A stretch of DNA of 64,000 nucleotides from Tubulanus polymorphus (lineage: Eukaryota; Animalia; Nemertea). Under the pieces are notes generated by a model. The model was not told the DNA's origin. It searched no databases and saw nothing but the letters and a program-made list of their open reading frames with translations. Made by a program: the position numbers and the translations under genes. Shown here piece by piece: positions 61,408 to 64,000 of the stretch. Every line of letters starts with the position of its first letter. Position 1 is the first letter of the stretch. Where the stretch lies: the NCBI RefSeq assembly GCF_964204645.1, contig NC_134029.1, positions 14,038,850 through 14,102,849 of the forward strand, read 5' to 3'.

Positions 61408-63790
61408 TCTCAATGATGGCGTTTCTTTTTCGGGAGTATTGTCGTTTACATATTGCACCTTATAATCAGCAGTTACATTTCCTCTAATACGCGCCAATGC
61501 ATGTGATTTTACTGTACATATTGCACTGGAATTATAACTTGCGAGACGAGTAGTACTGTATAGGTAAACTATTCATTTGACGCACGAGCTTTCGCTTCCA
61601 ATGAATGGAAGCTTCATCAGGTGAATGAGGACTCATTCACCTGATAAAGCTTCTATTCACTCGAATATTCTCATCATGGAATTATAACAAAATTGATATA
61701 CATTCGGATTATCATTTCCACCCCCCACTGTCTCTGTTTCCCGAAGAACCGCTCAAGTGGGTCCTGATTGAATTTTTCTGATAACACGAAAGTTGCCCCA
61801 TGTTGTAATAAGTATGTACAGCATTCAATGAACAATTTAATTGTGATCTCAATGCCATCAAGAGTTTGATAAGAAAGAATCATTTATGCTTTATCAGATT
61901 TCTGAATATTTACATGTGTTTCATCAATTTCAGCCTTACACACTTTAAATCATCCAAGAACCCTTGGAGCCAGGTAAGCCGATCATTGTCAACCTCAGTA
62001 TATGCATTAACATCTTTATTCAGTGACCTTTCACCTTGTCTGAGGTGAGGCGCATTAAGACAATCAAAGAACTAATTCATATTTCTAATAAATATGACCG
62101 TTTTTGAAGTCTCATCTCCCGGAGTTAATTGCAGGGCATTTGCAACTGACGAGCTAAGAATTTGAGCAGCAAGTTTTACCCGCATTTTATAAAATGATGT
62201 TAGATAGACATGCGCACGAGTCAACTTGGGTACAAGTTTAAAATGGTTTCTGGCTTCATAATTCTGAAGCTCAACAATCTGTTTCCATGAAATGTGTTTC
62301 CCCCTTCGCCACATGTAACATGTATTGCTGTTTGCGCCAGAGCTATAAAAACAGTTTCTGACAGTTTTTAATGAGATGAGGGGCATCCAATATAAAGTAC
62401 AAATCTCTAGCAGTAGCAAAAGGGTTTTTTGTTTTATACACAGCACTTTCAAAACCTTCGATTCGATGCATATTAAAAAGTCGTCTATTTGATGATGTCC
62501 CGTCACATGTGAGGGAAGGACTTTCATACCGTACAGTTCTAAATACATAATTGTATCCCATACCAAAGGATAAAGAAATATCCGCTGTAATGCCATTGCA
62601 AGGAAAACTTGCAATCAGGTATGAAATATTATTCGTAAGTCCCCTGACCATGAAAGTTAATATTTAATTTGCTAAGGGAGACTTTGATGTGCCTTCTGCC
62701 ATATTGCGTTCATAGTTAATAATACAATTGGAAACATCATCCAAATTCGTATCCCCAATAAGCTCTCCAGATGCTTTATCATACACTAAATCAGCTTTTA
62801 ATTTAACTTCATCATGCAGCAAACCTACGTAAGGAACATGTTCTTAATGTGAATTTTCATTTCCAGATTCCTTCAGCTATTCAACAAATGATTTGACTTG
62901 AAAACCAGACTGTGGTTTAAATGAATACGTATAGTCAATCAACGTTTGCGAAGATGGTAAACTTATGAAACCGGAACGACGCATTGCTTCGTATGTACCA
63001 GGTGATTTTCCTCGAAGATATAAGCACCACTTTATTATTAGAGGGTGCCATCGGATTGATTTCTTGTTGGACGTCTGTGTGCACTTCAATTACTGGTCCC
63101 AGAATACTCTTGAAAATGTACCTTCAACAAATGCCGAGTTATTTGGATTAGTCATTTCTTCGTTGTGAAGTTCCATAATCGATCTAAAATCATCAGAACT
63201 TAATTGATCCAGTTTAGTTCCCTCTCTGAATTCCAATCTTTTAATTTTCAGTTGGAGTCTATCAATTTTGCACTTCATTATTCTTAGTTTACTATCTTTT
63301 TTGTTTGCCGATAAATTTGAGTATGTACAGTGTGACGTCAAGCCAATTTTTTGGGTAGTCACTATGCTGCAATTTTGACATTCTGGCACGTAACCTAACA
63401 TGAAATTTGAGCTTGATTGTGCACCTTAATTGTTATTTCATATTCGTTAGTAATTTGAATCCAAATTGATACAACTGGACCACTATCCGTGTCAGTTAAT
63501 TTGACCAGCGTTAACCCAACATCATTTAAGGTATGCACTTACCATGAATCCAAAGCGATCTTTGATTCCGAAATTTCCTTCAGTATTTCATTTCTATTGG
63601 CATTTTGTATCTGTAAAAAAAATCAGTTCAAAATCAGTATGTAAAATACCGTGAAATCCGAAGATATATTTGTCAAAAAATCTGTTCTGATGTTAACTTA
63701 ATAAAGATTATATCTTACCATCGACGAATTGTCTTGTTTCATGGTTTAATGAACTTTCTGGTTCGATAATAACAGCTTCACATACCTGTT
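61408..63790 (-). pseudogene. P-element/THAP9-like transposase, degraded (5' end may lie beyond the window)
   Basis: RWHPLIIKWCL..SPGTYE..LPS, LLHDEVKLKADLVYD, TCDGTSSNR, DAPHLIK, KMRVKLAAQILS, NQDPLERFFGKQRQ, RGNV; candidate minus-strand splice sites in 63400-63790. Confidence 0.88.
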
Positions 63791-64000
63791 GATATGGCAA
63801 AAAAAGATTTCATTTACTGACAAGAAATAAACTACATGTATATATAGACTGATTTAAATGTTATGTGCTGAGGATATCCCAAGGTTAAAGATACAATGAC
63901 ATTTTCGTTAATTTCAAGGCTATTGGGATGAATTTCACTTTTCCCTGCAAAAGGAAAATCGAGTTGTTATTTCAATGAATAATTTTATTCTCCATCAAGA

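Overview
AT-rich eukaryotic (invertebrate animal-like) genomic DNA, not prokaryotic. One + strand host gene crosses most of the window: a ~2.9-kb exon for an acidic, disordered region plus five short phase-compatible coiled-coil exons. Its 13-kb and 30-kb introns are filled with nested transposons. The main elements are: (1) a decayed Gypsy LTR retrotransposon (11051-16366, -) with 331-bp LTRs, a tRNA-Lys PBS, a 103-bp tandem array in the leader, and an intact PHD finger resembling the KDM5/Lid PHD3 H3K4me3 reader between RNase H and integrase; (2) a structurally complete DIRS1-type tyrosine-recombinase retrotransposon (25639-33441, +) with ITRs, ICR, RT/RH, a methyltransferase-like domain and a long dual-coding overlap; (3) a decayed CR1/L2-group LINE (-) carrying a solo LTR; (4) a decayed P-element/THAP9-like transposase facing a convergent, intron-containing partner gene. 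Also present are several Helentron/HINE-like non-autonomous families (some with CTCF-like motifs in 145-153-bp internal arrays), piggyBac-, Harbinger-, hAT-, Tc1/pogo- and IS3EU-like MITEs, and a tRNA-derived SINE. All calls are by eye; no searches were run, and boundaries of degraded repeats are approximate.
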